DNA from: Sphaerodactylus townsendi
Lineage: Eukaryota
NCBI RefSeq assembly: GCF_021028975.2
Contig: NC_059425.1
Location: forward strand, 27,714,001-27,778,000
Reading direction: 5' to 3'
Length of the DNA stretch: 64,000 bases
How positions within the stretch are numbered: position 1 is the first letter of the stretch; each line of letters starts with the position of its first letter. The translations under genes and the position numbers were made by a program. Positions 11,455 through 23,391 of the stretch are shown here, piece after piece. The notes under the pieces are model-generated. The model had not been told where the DNA came from. It ran no database searches and was given only the letters and a program-made list of their open reading frames with translations.

Positions 11455-12927
11455 CTAGAAGACAAAAGGCTTTAAAGTCACAGGTGGATCAGGGCCTGAG
11501 GAAAGTACTGGGCAGAAGGATGGCGCACAACAGCAGTTAGCTTGCCCTTGCCGAAACAACATGCCAAGCTTCAGACAACTCCAAACAATCATGTTTACCA
11601 CTTGAAATGGCAGTCCCTGAAATTTTTGTCCACAGCATTTTGCATCGGGTGCCACATCTAAATCTCCAGTACCAATCCAGAGATCCACCTAACTTGGAGT
11701 GTGTGGTGTGGTGAGGCAGAGTTGGGTGAAGACTCCTCATAGAATTCAGCCCAGCCTGCACCCAGCCACTGAAGGGGTATGGTAGGGTTGTATGGTGTAT
11801 GTCTGTCTAAACACAAGTGCCATTGGGTCCATGAGCAGAGGTGGCTATGAAAGCTGGTGTGACATAGCAGTCAGTGAGTCAGACTAAGATCGAGAAGATC
11901 CTGACTCTGTCATTACACTTGCTGAATAACTCTTGATCAGTCACTTTTTCTCAGCCTAAACGACCTCACAGAGTTGTTGAAGATAAAATGAGGCATAGAA
12001 AGCTGTTGTTCTTGGAGGAGACGAGGGTGAAAATATGCTAGACAGTGTGTGAACCTTCTAATTCAAAAGATATCACCACTTTGGCCCCTTCTGCACATGC
12101 AAAGTGCATTGAAAGTGGATTGAAAGTGCATTATTCCACATGTGCAGAAGGGGCCTTAAGTTGAATGGTTGTTGACATTAACTGCCAAGAAAGAGGGGGG
12201 TGGTAGAATTTGGATTCCTGTCATCTGCAAAGAATACATTTCTGTGTGCTTTTTGGTACTAACAAATGGAGTAAAATAGAAACCCAGTGATATGGGGAGA
12301 ATCCCTTAAAAATAACTCACAAAGCAACCCTATCATAAAAGACCTGGTGTAGCATTTAAATGAGCCAGAGTTCAACCTTTGCTACTCTTAAAGCCTGGTC
12401 TGAAGCACTTCAGAGAGGAAGGGTTTGCCTGGCTTTCAAAGAGCTGGTTTGGCTGTTAGCCATGGGGAGGAGGGCACTCTCGGGTGATTTCAGGGCCCAA
12501 CAACATGATGTCCCCCCCCCCCCCATGTCATCCTGCAGTCTATGCAACCAAATATGTATTGTGAGTTCTGTGCAAGGAACTTAATCTTTGGCCCAGATAG
12601 GCCTGATTTAGATCAGGAGGAGGACCACACCATTTTAGTGATCTGAAAAGGTTTCAGGGGGCTTATTTAGATTAGATTTTAAATTAGATGTTAATCTGTT
12701 TTTACTGTATTTATTTGCAATATATGTTGGAAGTCACCTTGATACCATGAGGGAAAGGGTGGCACATAACACAAATAAATTGCCCCTGCCCCATTGGGGG
12801 CCCCATGTACTCTAACGAGCTATCATTTCCTCACTGGGGCAAATAACAACCCAGGGCCACTTCTCTAGGGGAAAAAACACCTTTATTATTTTAAAATTAT
12901 TTGTTTGTATATAGCTGTAATTGGCCT

Positions 12928-13295
12928 ACCTTACAGAGCTGGGGATGTTTCGTCTGGAGAAGCAAAGGTTAAGGGGGGGACATGATAGTTATGTTTAAAT
13001 ATTTGAAGGGATATTATGTCGAAGAGGGAGCTAGCTTGTTTCCTGCTGCCTCAGAGACCAGGACACGGAGTAATGGATTCAAGGTGCAGGAAAAGAGATT
13101 CCATCTAAACATTAGGAAGAACTTTCTGACCGTCAGAGCTGTTTGACAGTGGAATTCACTGCGTCCGAGAGTGGTGGGAAAAAACCCTTCTTTGGAGGTT
13201 TTTACACAGAGGCTGGATGATCAATATGTCAGGAGTGCTTTGATTTTGTGATTATGTGTTTCTGCATGGCTGGGCTTGATGGTCCTTGTGGTCTT
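12928..13295 (+). mobile_element. CR1 LINE 3' fragment (different subfamily)
   Basis: ORF2 end: ELGMFRLEKQRLRGDMIVMFKYLKG..TRTRSNGFK. Confidence 0.85.
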
Positions 13296-13727
13296 GTTAC
13301 CACTGGAGAAATGAGTCTCTTCCAAATCTATGGCAGATTCTGCAGATGGCTGTAAATACAGCAGTGTGAAAACGTGTGTGCAAAGGTTTGCTACCCATTT
13401 CTCACAACTGCTTGGCCACACCACTGTTTTTGGCCCATGCGGAATCCACCTATGATTCTATTTCAGCATTCGAAGGGGCGTATCTACACCCAAGACTGAA
13501 TCTGGGGCGCACCAGCACCTTCACCAAACGATGATGGCCGGACTCATTGGGAGAAGGTGTGCCAGTTAATCTGGTAGAACATTAGGATCACTGCAGCTAA
13601 TAATAGTAATAGTCATGCCAATTATGAAAGCAGCAAAATCAGGCCACTCAAAGACAAGTTGGGACTTTCTGTTTACTCTGGGAACTTTCCCCAGGTATCT
13701 AGGAAAATAGGAGTTTGTACATTAACC

Positions 13728-13992
13728 CATGCCACAGAGTAGTAAGCTGCAATACTGCATTCAGAACTCTGCTCCCAGTTTGATCCTGATAGTTTCAGTT
13801 AGCTGGCTCGAGGTTGACTCCGCCTTCCACCCTTCTGAGGTTGGTGAAAATAGTACCCAGCTGGAGGTAACTGGGGAAGGCAATGGCAAACCACACCATG
13901 AATATAGTTTGCTTAGTAAATGTCATGATGTGATGTTAGCCCTTGGGTCAGTAATGACCTGGTGCTTGCGCAGGAAACTACTTTTACCTTGA
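13728..13992 (+). mobile_element. Sauria SINE
   Basis: Core ggttgactccgccttccacccttctgaggttggtgaaaatagtacccag and BovB-like ggaaggcaatggcaaaccac. Confidence 0.8.
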
Positions 13993-14328
13993 CATTAATC
14001 CAAAGGAAAAGAAGACTGTCTCCCCACCCCCACCACACACAAAGCAATCTAATAAGGACAGAGCAGGCAACAGGAGGAATATTTTTTTAGCACTGAGAGT
14101 CACTTAAAGGCAAAAGAAAATACAGGAAACGGGGAGAATTACCCTGCTCCTGCTCTTGAATATTTACAGTACCCTGCAGGGGATTTCCAAATTGTCTTTC
14201 CCACCCTCCTGGGATTCCTCTGAAGCTTTCAGATTTAAGGCTTGTGATATAGACATAGGCTGGTATTATAGGAGAGTAAAACATTCCCTCCAGCAAGACC
14301 AGGTGACTAGCAGTTTGGGTATGCACGC

Positions 14329-14330
<2 letters not shown>

Positions 14331-14388
<58 letters not shown>
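14331..14388. repeat. (GT)n microsatellite
   Basis: About 29 perfect GT units. Confidence 0.98.
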
Positions 14389-14390
<2 letters not shown>

Positions 14391-14777
14391 CATTTCATTT
14401 TCAGTTTTAAGCACTCAGTTTTGCAGGGTCAGTTCAGAGATGCTGCAGCATCCTTCCTTTGGGGGTTTCTGCTTTGAATATGTGAAGAAGACCTCCAAGC
14501 TTGTTTAAGTTTTGGGCAGAGCAAGGGAGGCGTTAGCTGCTTCCAAAACAGCAATTCCACATTACTTTCACTGCTGCTGCAAATCGTGTGCATTAGTGAC
14601 AGAGCTTACACACATGGGAGTATTTTGCACACTTTGCTCTTTTCTTTAGACATTTCCCTTCCAGACATGCTCCATAATTAATCCAAATTACAGTTGGGGA
14701 GGAGGTCATTGTGCTGCTGTAAGTGGACTTCATTGGGTCCCCCCCTTTTGTTATTTCTCTTTATATGTTCCCTATAG

Positions 14778-14927
14778 GTTTGCAGGGAGTGACCCTTATG
14801 GCACTCCAGATGTTATGGGCTACAATTCCCATCAGCCCCTGCCAGCATGGCCAATTGGCCATGCTGGCAGGGGCTGATGGGAATTGTAGTTCATAACATC
14901 TGGAGTGCCAAAGGTTCGCCACCACTG
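14778..14927. mobile_element. Palindromic hAT-type MITE
   Basis: Central palindrome ..gcatggccaattggccatgc..; flanked by ccctatag on both sides. Confidence 0.8.
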
Positions 14928-16323
14928 CCCTATAGCATTATAAGTGGAAATAGATCATATAGTGCGATAGCACAATAGCAGTTCCCATTTTTTAAAACTG
15001 CATTGGCACAGCATGAGATAATGTTGGGGAAATAGCACCCAGGAGAGGCTAGTGATGGGGAAATGAAGTAAGCACAACTTTTGTACTCTATTCATTCCTG
15101 ACAGACTCAGAGTGCTAATGCAATACTGTATTTTCCCACAAAGGCTGGTTTAGGAAAGAGTGTAGTGTGGACAGTGAACATGTGGGAAGAGGACACTTGG
15201 GATAGGTTGTATGGATGGTCACAAACAGAAGCGCTCCAGTTTGGAAGCCAAAATGGAGAAAAAACATTCCATGCAGAAGCAACCAGTTGTCTTTCATGTT
15301 CTGTAGAATCAGATTCCAATTGTCCTCTACATAGCTATGCCCAAACTCACATAGCCCATCGATGACAGTGCTCCGTAACCTCGAGACACATCACTATTGA
15401 TTCCACTTGTTCCTTTACAATTTTTGTTGGATTCTTATACTGCCAATTCAATGTAAAATGAAGGGGCGCCTTTAAGACTAGCTGAATTTATCCCAGTATA
15501 AGCTTTCATGAGTTCAACTTCATTTCCTTGGATATATAAAAAGGAATTAACGAGAAAGACATTCAATGAGAAACCAATAGACAGATAGCTAATCTAATGA
15601 AACGTTGTTTATGAAATTCCCATAGTGTAAAAGTATGAAAGGTAATACTCCTTGCATGCACAGGCAAAATAACTGCAAAAGGAAAGCAATTCCAGATTAA
15701 CTTCTAGGCAATGGTTTGATAGACATATGCCAAAACAAAGAGGCCTTCTACAGAGTCAGGCCATTCATTGGTTCATCTATTGTCTACTTTGACTGGCTGC
15801 CACTCTCCAAGGTCTTGGGCAAAGGAAGGTCATCATTTGAACTGGATATGCGCCCAAAGTTACATTTGAGGCTCTCTTCTGAATGCAAAACATATGCTTT
15901 CCTACAGACTGAAAGCCCCTCACACGGACGACAGATGGTCCTTCAGACAGGTACATGGGACGCAGGACTAATACCACCATCTTCAATACACTTACTTGGA
16001 AGGACTGTCAAAATAAACTAAGACTTGTTTCCAATTAAACATACCCCTCTACGATTATGTCATAAGGCCCTGTTTTGGGAAGCAGTGATCTTTCCTATAT
16101 ATGGCGGTAAACCACTCCCAATAGATCATCCTCACAGACTGGCAACAAGTGGCTCCCATTTACCAGAGCAATGCTGACCGAGCTCCCACTTCCCTTCATA
16201 TCACACTGTTCCCATTTTGCCCTTTGCGGACGCAGTCGGCCAGTCAGTCTGAGACATGCTGGTTTGTGGTCTCCAGTGGCAGGCATGAGCCAGCCCCCCT
16301 TAAGCCTCTCCTTTTGCTCTTAC

Positions 16324-16383
16324 CTCCCATTTGCCGGGGTCTGGTGTGTCAATAACATGAGAATATTTCTTGGTGCCCCTCAT
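16324..16383 (-). CDS. GCKR: GCKR coding exon 1 (start codon)
   Basis: ATG at 16383; MRGTKKYSHVIDTPDPGKWE vs human MPGTKRFQHVIETPEPGKWE; donor gtaag. Confidence 0.95.
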
Positions 16384-16454
16384 ACTAGTTCGTGGCCAAG
16401 TGCAGCTCTGAGCTCCAAAAGGCTGCCTTTGCCCTAGCCTTATCAGGTCTCTGC

Positions 16455-16467
16455 AGTAATGATTAAT
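16455..16467. promoter_or_regulatory. HNF1-like site in GCKR proximal promoter
   Basis: AGTAATGATTAAT resembles GTTAATNATTAAC, 72-84 bp upstream of the ATG of a liver-type gene; motif match only. Confidence 0.4.
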
Positions 16468-17148
16468 CCTTCGCAGTTAAATTTCAAGCTCCTCTGTCTT
16501 TCTACAGCCCACTGGTGGGCAGAAGTCCTTTATTTATCTCCAATGGGGACCCAAACTCTGCCCTTACCAGATCCCAGAGGACACAGCTGCCTGGTTGCGT
16601 CATTCCTGGTTTTCCTAGAGGAAACGGACACGCAGGGCACAGCCGCGCAGCCGCACTCCATAACACATCCATAAAGGAGAGTGTGGAAAAGCTGTAGGCT
16701 GAAAGAGAATGGGAGGCTTCCCACGCAGCTGTTTGAGTCTCTGGGTCCGGCAGGTGGCAATACACCTACTTCTCCTTTGAAACCCCCCCCCCCCCCCATC
16801 TCAGGATTCCAGATGCTGGAGAGATCGAGTAGCCAGGGATCGGAAGCCCAGGACAAGATTGGCAAAAGGATTTTAAATGCCAACAACTGGCAAAAAGCAG
16901 AATTGGGGGACTGGAATTTACAGGTCTCCAACATGTGGCGTCCTCTTGTTTTGCTCGTTGGCTTGGTTTATCTCAGTCAAAGCTGGTAAGACAGACACGC
17001 TTCACAGGGCTCCTCTCATAAAGGCAGAGCTGACCACTATACATCTGCTTGTGTGAGAGCTGAGGGCAGATATGCTGCTCAAATGCAGCGCCCATCATCT
17101 ACCCATGGGTGCCCGCCCTCGAGCCTGGGACAGACAGCAAAACAAGTT

Positions 17149-17177
17149 TGTTTGCACCAGGTCAGGGTCAAGGGCCA
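17149..17177. promoter_or_regulatory. FOXA-like site plus nuclear-receptor half-site array (DR0/DR1) upstream of GCKR
   Basis: TGTTTGC (17149-17155) followed by AGGTCA-GGGTCA-A-GGGCCA (17159-17177); motif match only. Confidence 0.35.
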
Positions 17178-17743
17178 TCACATGATGGTGGCATGTGTCC
17201 TCACCTTCTAGCGGATGTCAGAGTCAAGGACAGCACATGGCTGCTGTGCCTCAAATAGCAGCAGGGCTGGAACTGAGATTTCAGGGAAGGGGGAATGACT
17301 CAATGGTGAGTATTTATTTTGCATGCAGGAGGTCCCAAGTTCCATCCCGGGCACCTTCAGTTAAAAGAGTAGGAAAGACTTGAGAGACCCTGTAGAGTCA
17401 AGTAGACTGTGCAGGCTTTAATAGACAACTAGTTTTACTCAGTGTAAGGCAGTTTCGTGTGCTGTGCTCACATGTAATACGCATCCCAATTACACAGTCC
17501 AGCTCCTTGCAGGAGTGCGGGAAGATCATGGCTTGGATCTTGTGGAAAATGTTCATAGATGGAAAGAAGGTGATTTTTACAATTTCTCTTCCCACTGCAG
17601 ATCTATGGCACACCCCCATGCTGCTGCAGAGGGGTCTTTTTTCCAGGAGAAACCCTTCATCGGGGGTGTCTTCGTTCGCTCACTGCTGCCCACTCATTGC
17701 TGAAATCACTGAAATCACTTCTTGTTGCCCTGCCAGCGGGTAA

Positions 17744-18680
17744 TGTTACCGCCCAGGAAAATAGTCAAAATATTTTCCTGAAGTCAAGCTACATGGCTGC
17801 ACTGGCTCCGTGTCGGGACGCAGAGACCTGTGTGGTTCAGAAGCCCCCTTAGAGTTGAATTTATGATTTGCCCGCTGTTTAGGATTTTAGTTTAACTAGG
17901 TTCCCCAGTTACCTTAAGATTTTGCTATTGTTAAGTTAGGAGATTCTTATGTGCTTGTATTGTATTGTTTTCCCTAATGTTTAAGTGTAGAAAAGTTATT
18001 TTGATATTTGTGCTAAAAGCAGTAGCCTGTAGAAGCTGATATTAAGGGACAAGGAAGTCAGCCCTGGAATGCAGCTCAGACCAACACCTAGCCCACTCCT
18101 TAGCGAGGACAAAGACCCCTTTGGATTTGCAAATTAAAATCTGCTGGAAGCACCCAAAGGTCCCAGCCGTTGGAGGACATACAGGGACCACCATTGGACA
18201 ATTTGAACTCTCTTTTGTTGCGGAGTTGAGGTGTTGGAGCCTCAGGACATAACTGAAGGAAACAGCCATCTGATAAAGGAGATAGCTGGGTGTGGTAGCG
18301 AGCCCACCCAGATTCCCTGAATGGACCTTATCTGCTCTCCCTTCAGCACCATTGTGAGATCTTGTCGGAAGACATTTGACAGCGGGATTTCGTGATCCCA
18401 TTCAAAAGTTGTAATTGTATCTTCCTTTTGTATTGTTGTTTTCTTATTGGTGTTTGGTAAGGGACTTGCCCCCTTACCTCCCCTTTCTACCTGCCCCTTT
18501 GCCCCTTTGATGTTTGTGAAAAAAAGTTCTTGCACTTGTTTGCAAGGTGCGATTCTCCTGCCTGAGCTGTGACTCTCACCTCCGAATAAAATCCTTTGCT
18601 TTGAAGAACGCCAGCTTCCTGCGCCTCATTACGTTGCTGAGCTGAAATCACTTATTGTTACCCGAGCCACAGCGGTAACA
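17744..18680 (+). mobile_element. Solo LTR (937 bp) between GCKR and FNDC4
   Basis: Perfect 9-bp terminal inverted repeat tgttaccgc..gcggtaaca, 4-bp TSD gtaa, AATAAA at about 18585. Confidence 0.85.
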
Positions 18681-18780
18681 GTAACAGTTTCTAATTCTTA
18701 TAACTAAATCATGCTTATTTATGCCCCTCTTTTTTTCCCCCGTGGAGACCCAGAGTCCATTATTACATTGTTCTCCCCAT

Positions 18781-19070
18781 CAATGGTGTAGTGGTTAAGA
18801 GCAGGTGTGCTCTAATCTGGAGAACTGGGTTTGATTCCCCACTCTGCCACTTGAGCTTTGGAGGGTTATCTGGGGAACCAGATTAGCTTGTGCACTCCAA
18901 CACATGCCAGCTGGGTGACCTTGGACCAGTCACAGCTCTTCAGAGCTGTTTCAGCCCCACCCACCTTATAGGGTGTTGTGGGAGAGGGGGGAAGGGAAAG
19001 GAGATTGTAAGCCCCCTTAACTCTTCTTACAGGAGAGAAACGTGGATATAAATCCAAACTCCTCTTCTTC
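18781..19070 (+). mobile_element. tRNA-derived SINE (Squam3-like)
   Basis: A box tggtgtagtggtt, B box ggtttgattccc, (ctt)n tail; other copies at 26293-26438 (+), 41222-41465 (-), 47566-47868 (-). Confidence 0.8.
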
Positions 19071-19394
19071 ATTTTTTCTCACAACAACAATCTTGTGAGG
19101 TGGATTAGATTTGAAAGAGTGTGAGGGGCTCAAAGTTACCTGATTGGATTGGAACTCAGTTGCCCCAGGTCCAAGTCTGACACTATCCCATGTCACCTCC
19201 AAACTTTATCGGTTTGCTAGCTGTCACCTTCACTGAAAAGTAAGCCCTTGCCGTGGTTGACAGCGCAGAGATTACTGTGCTGTTTCTGGGGTTGTCTCCG
19301 ATGACTGTTTGGCCTGGCTGGCTCAACTGCCAGACTGTTATATGAACAGCTGGCTCAGCAGCCACACAGTTATGTGGACATTGCTTATGGAGCA

Positions 19395-19510
19395 CTTATC
19401 CTGCCCATTTTAAAAGTACATGGGCTGTCAATTCATTTCCAAGCACAATTCAAATTGCTTCTTCTTACCCTGAAAGCCCTGAACAGTTTGAGATCAAGAT
19501 ACACACTCCT
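19395..19510 (+). mobile_element. L2 LINE ORF2 C-terminal relic
   Basis: ILPILKVHGLSIHFQAQFKLLLLTLKALNSL resembles the L2 LHWLP..FK.L.LTFKAL motif; a similar relic near 3980-4090. Confidence 0.6.
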
Positions 19511-20250
19511 ATGTGTGCCTCCCTGCAAAAGAATAGACTCACAAGTGGCTCCTGTTCTTTCAAATTGGTCCCTGGGAGTTTGGAAAACCTTTACTGCTGA
19601 GCACTTCATTTCTTCTGATGCTGGTTTCTGTTTTGTCTCATTTGAGAGTTGTAAAATGTTCTCACGATATTTTCTTCCTATTCAGGCAGCTATGTTTTCT
19701 TCATCCTTGATAACAACCTTTAGACTGAAGGGATTCAAGAAGCAGAATATGACAAGTAGGGGGGGACTATGAAACCCATGGGTGGGATGCCATCTCTCCC
19801 TTGTTGAGTGGGATCTCATCTCCCCCTCATGGGGGGAGGAAGCAGAGAGCCGGAGTGCCCGCCCCTGAAGCAGCCCGATAAATCTTCCAAGGTGGCAGTC
19901 CAACCCAGCAGCCGTTACCGGCATGTACTGCCGTGGCCTGGCCTGACAGCCAACCACACCATTCTACACAGATAATACTTTTCTATGAATCAGGGTGATT
20001 AAAACCTTTCAGGGGTATTTTTTCTGCATACCCTAAGTATGACTGTACCCCCATCAACAGATTTAAGTATCTGCAGAAAGGGGACATACTTTAAAATTAG
20101 ATATATCGTTCTGAAAGGCTGAGAAATAATGTTCATAGCTAGTATGGTGTGGTTAGAATATCAGAAGGGGGAGAGGTTCCAGTTCCCATTCTGACACAAA
20201 TGTGAGGTGCTGTCCTCCAGCTCTGTGTAGGTTGTGGCTCCACCCAGTGG

Positions 20251-20381
20251 NNNNNNNNNNNNNNNNNNNNNNNNNNNNNNNNNNNNNNNNNNNNNNNNNN
20301 NNNNNNNNNNNNNNNNNNNNNNNNNNNNNNNNNNNNNNNNNNNNNNNNNNNNNNNNNNNNNNNNNNNNNNNNNNNNNNNNN
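20251..20381. other. Assembly gap (N run)
   Basis: 131 N. Confidence 1.
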
Positions 20382-20440
20382 CCAAATATGATTCACGAAG
20401 GCCTTTTTATAAAAACAGGGATCAGAATTCCAGCACAGGG

Positions 20441-20645
20441 AATCATAGAAATGTAGAGTAATACAGCTGGAAGGGGCCACAAAGGCCATCTAGTCCAACC
20501 CCCTGCTCAATGCAGGGTCAGCCTACAGCATCCTGGATGAGTTTTCGTCCAGGCATTGCTTGAAGACTGCCAGAGTCAGCCGATTCCACTGCTGAACTAC
20601 TCTGACTGTAAAAAATATTTTTTGTAATATCCACCCGGTGCTTTT
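20441..20645 (-). mobile_element. CR1 3' fragment
   Basis: atcatagaa..ggaaggggccacaaaggccatctagtccaacccc; related copy about 57087-57212. Confidence 0.7.
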
Positions 20646-22002
20646 CCAAGGAAAAGTTCAATAGGGTCGTTTTATAAGGGAATGAGATTGCAGTTTGTTG
20701 TAGAGTCTATTATATTTACCCCCTTGCTTTTACTGCCATGTCACACCTTGGTCAGTTTTTGACTTGCATTGTTTTCTAATGCAGTAATTGTTATCCTGTT
20801 TATTGGACGCCCTGTACTGTTTAATTGCTTTCTACATTTTGTAATCTGCCATGGGTCTTAGTGAGAAAGGGAAGCTCTGCATGACGTGAATAAAGAAATA
20901 TAAAATACTGTATCATTGCCCCTTCTGCACAACATCACTGAAAAAAATATGCAGCTTCCCAAATTGCCTTGGATCCATTCACAGCAATAATCCTCAAAGA
21001 AGCTGTGTGTGTACTCACAGACACTTGCACATTTGTAAACCATGACAAGCAGATGATTTTAGGTCAGTCGCAGGTAGGGTTTGACACAGAGGGTGGAAGA
21101 GGAAGAGGAAGGTGAGCATGGAGAGGTAGATTTGTGGCCTCTGCATAATGTGCAAAAATCACCAAGCAATACTACCTGTTACTTAGTAATGCCATATATT
21201 TATAAATGCTAAACATGAACTACAATATGTGTTCAGTGTTAACTGATATGAGGTTCCGGCTTTTTATGTTGGGATGGGGGAAAGGATTATAGATTAATTT
21301 TTTAAGTGGGTCCTAAAAAATAGTCATTTTGGGAGTTGGAGATCTGCTTCCTTATGTTATATTCAGAAATGGAATAAAAGTGATTAATTGGAAACTTTTT
21401 ATATTGTTTCTAGAGGGAGATTATAGTGACCATTCCAACTTCTACCCAACTGCTTGCATTTTCCCTGCTTCCACCAGCATCACCCTTATAGGGTAACAAG
21501 GAAAGGGGAAGATCAGTGATGCTGTTTATAGACCTTGGTTGGGGGGCTGAGCTCTGTGCCAAAGTTTTTTGAGGTGAGGTGACCCTTGAAAGGAAACCAA
21601 GAGAAGACCAGGAATAAAAAAATGTGCCTCAGAAGAATCCACCCTTCTCTCTAGTAAGGTAAGGTGGGTGTCAATTATCTACTGCTTATCTGATGAGCAC
21701 TGAGCTAGTGGCGGCCAAACTAAACTGTACACCGCCCCAACCCTGAGCCTACTCCTGCAAGTAGCATAGTGTATGTTAACTTCTTTGAACAGCTACAAAA
21801 ACGAGTGGTAGCACAACTTCGCAGGGGTAGCCTGCAGAGGTGTTGCCCCTGTCCCTGAGCCCACTGGGCAGTGCAGGGTTACTCTGAGCAGGGAGGGGGA
21901 ACGGGTCATAGGACTGAGAGAGAAAGCACTGTTTGGAAGGTGAACTGGAAGCACCGACTGGCCCTCCGTCCCACGTGTGACTTGGGGTCAGCACTGCAGC
22001 CT

Positions 22003-22261
22003 GGCTGTTGTGAGTTTTCTGAGCTGTGTAGCTGCGGTCTGGTAGTTTTAGCTCCTAATGTATCACCCACGTCTATGGCGGCACTTTCAGAGGCATGTCG
22101 TGGAAAGATCTGCCTCCCTGCACATCTTACCTGGGATGCCCCTGAAGATGCCAACCATAGATGCGAGCGAAACGTTAGGAGGGAGACCTACCAGACCGCA
22201 GCCACAGAGCCCGGAAGACCCACAACAGCCCGCTGATGCAGGCCGGGAAACCCTTCGACGA
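22003..22261. mobile_element. Penelope-like element remnant with inverted arms
   Basis: Inverted repeat 22003-22095 / 22140-22230 containing ctgaagatgcc..gcgaaacgttagga; related deleted copy 53086-53259. Confidence 0.7.
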
Positions 22262-22399
22262 AAGCAGCAGACTGTTGAACGTGGCCCCTTGCAGTGCACC
22301 CCCCCACGCCCTGGTGGCAGCTCAGTCCCACGCGGGAAGGGACGTCGCGTGCTGGTCCTGGGGCAGCTCCTTTCCCCCAGAGCCGTGACCATTCCAACC

Positions 22400-23150
22400 T
22401 CTTTGCTCGGGGTCGGGGATCGGTGAGGCTGCCCTTGGCTGGGAGGGGACCCGGAGGAGGCGGGCCGCTTGGCGGTGGCCAGGCGGGGCGGGGCTCGGCG
22501 GCCCCGGCGTGGTTGGCGCTGCGGGACGCGCCGCTGCTGCTGCTGCCGCCGCTGCCAGCCGGGCCAGTCCTTCCAGCGGGCCGGGGTCAGGGAGCTCTGC
22601 AGGCTGCAGCGGCTGGGCTGGGCTGGGCCGTCCGGGCGCGGGGCCGTCGGGGGCTGCTGCCCGCCTGGATGGAGGAACGGCGAGGAAGCGGAGGCGGCGG
22701 CGCCGGCGCCGGCGGCGACACCTCTCCGGGCGAGGGGAGCGCGGCGCTCACCCCCGGCCCAGCGCGCCCCTTGCCTTGAGAGCCCCCGAAGCCTCGCCCG
22801 GCTCGATGAGCAGCTGCGTCTGGCCGCGGCCATGGCTCCGATGCCCGCGTACCTCAACCCGGCCGCCGTCCTGGTGCTGGTCAGCTGCGACCTGTGCCTC
22901 GTGCGCGCAAGTAAGTCGCGGCTCGGGATCGCGCGCGGCCTCCCCCCGACCCCAGCCCGGGCGCAGCAGGGCAGGCGGCGGCCACGGGGCTCTCGGCTGG
23001 GAGCGGCTGCCCTCTCCAGCCGCCGGGCCGAGACCAGCCACCCATTGGTGCAGGGGGAGAAGGGCAGGCAGGAGGGGGCGCGGGTGGGGGCTGCCGGGTT
23101 GGCCCGGGCCACAGAGCAGGTGAGAACGGGGGCTGCGTCACTGGGACTAC
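22400..23150. promoter_or_regulatory. CpG island / promoter and 5' UTR of FNDC4
   Basis: Very GC- and CpG-rich, GC box GGGGCGGGGC near 22485, spans first coding exon. Confidence 0.85.
22832..22910 (+). CDS. FNDC4: FNDC4 coding exon 1 (signal peptide)
   Basis: Strong Kozak gcggccATGG; MAPMPAYLNPAAVLVLVSCDLCLVRA vs human ..PYLSPTVLLLVSCDLGFVRA; donor gtaagt, phase 1. Confidence 0.9.
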
Positions 23151-23331
23151 AGGAGCCACCCAGCAAACCCCCCCCCCCCCCAGTCAGGGTGAGCAGGAGC
23201 CTTGGCTTACCCCAAACTCCCCCTCCCCTGCAGAAACCTTCCCTGCCTTTCTGTTCCCAGCGGCAGGAGTGAACATCCCAGCCAATTTCATTAACGTAAA
23301 AGCCTGACTCAAGAGAAGACCGCTGCCAGTT

Positions 23332-23391
23332 CTTGAGTGTGGAACATCTTCCCACAGCCTCCCCTTGAGTGTGGAACATCTTCCCACAGCT
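23332..23391. repeat. 32-bp tandem duplication
   Basis: cttgagtgtggaacatcttcccacagc twice. Confidence 0.85.

Noticed and set aside
16095-16765. ORF-track peptides with KWE/AWE resembling GCKR exon 1
   Set aside because: The true exon 1 is 16324-16383, with a much better match and a canonical donor.
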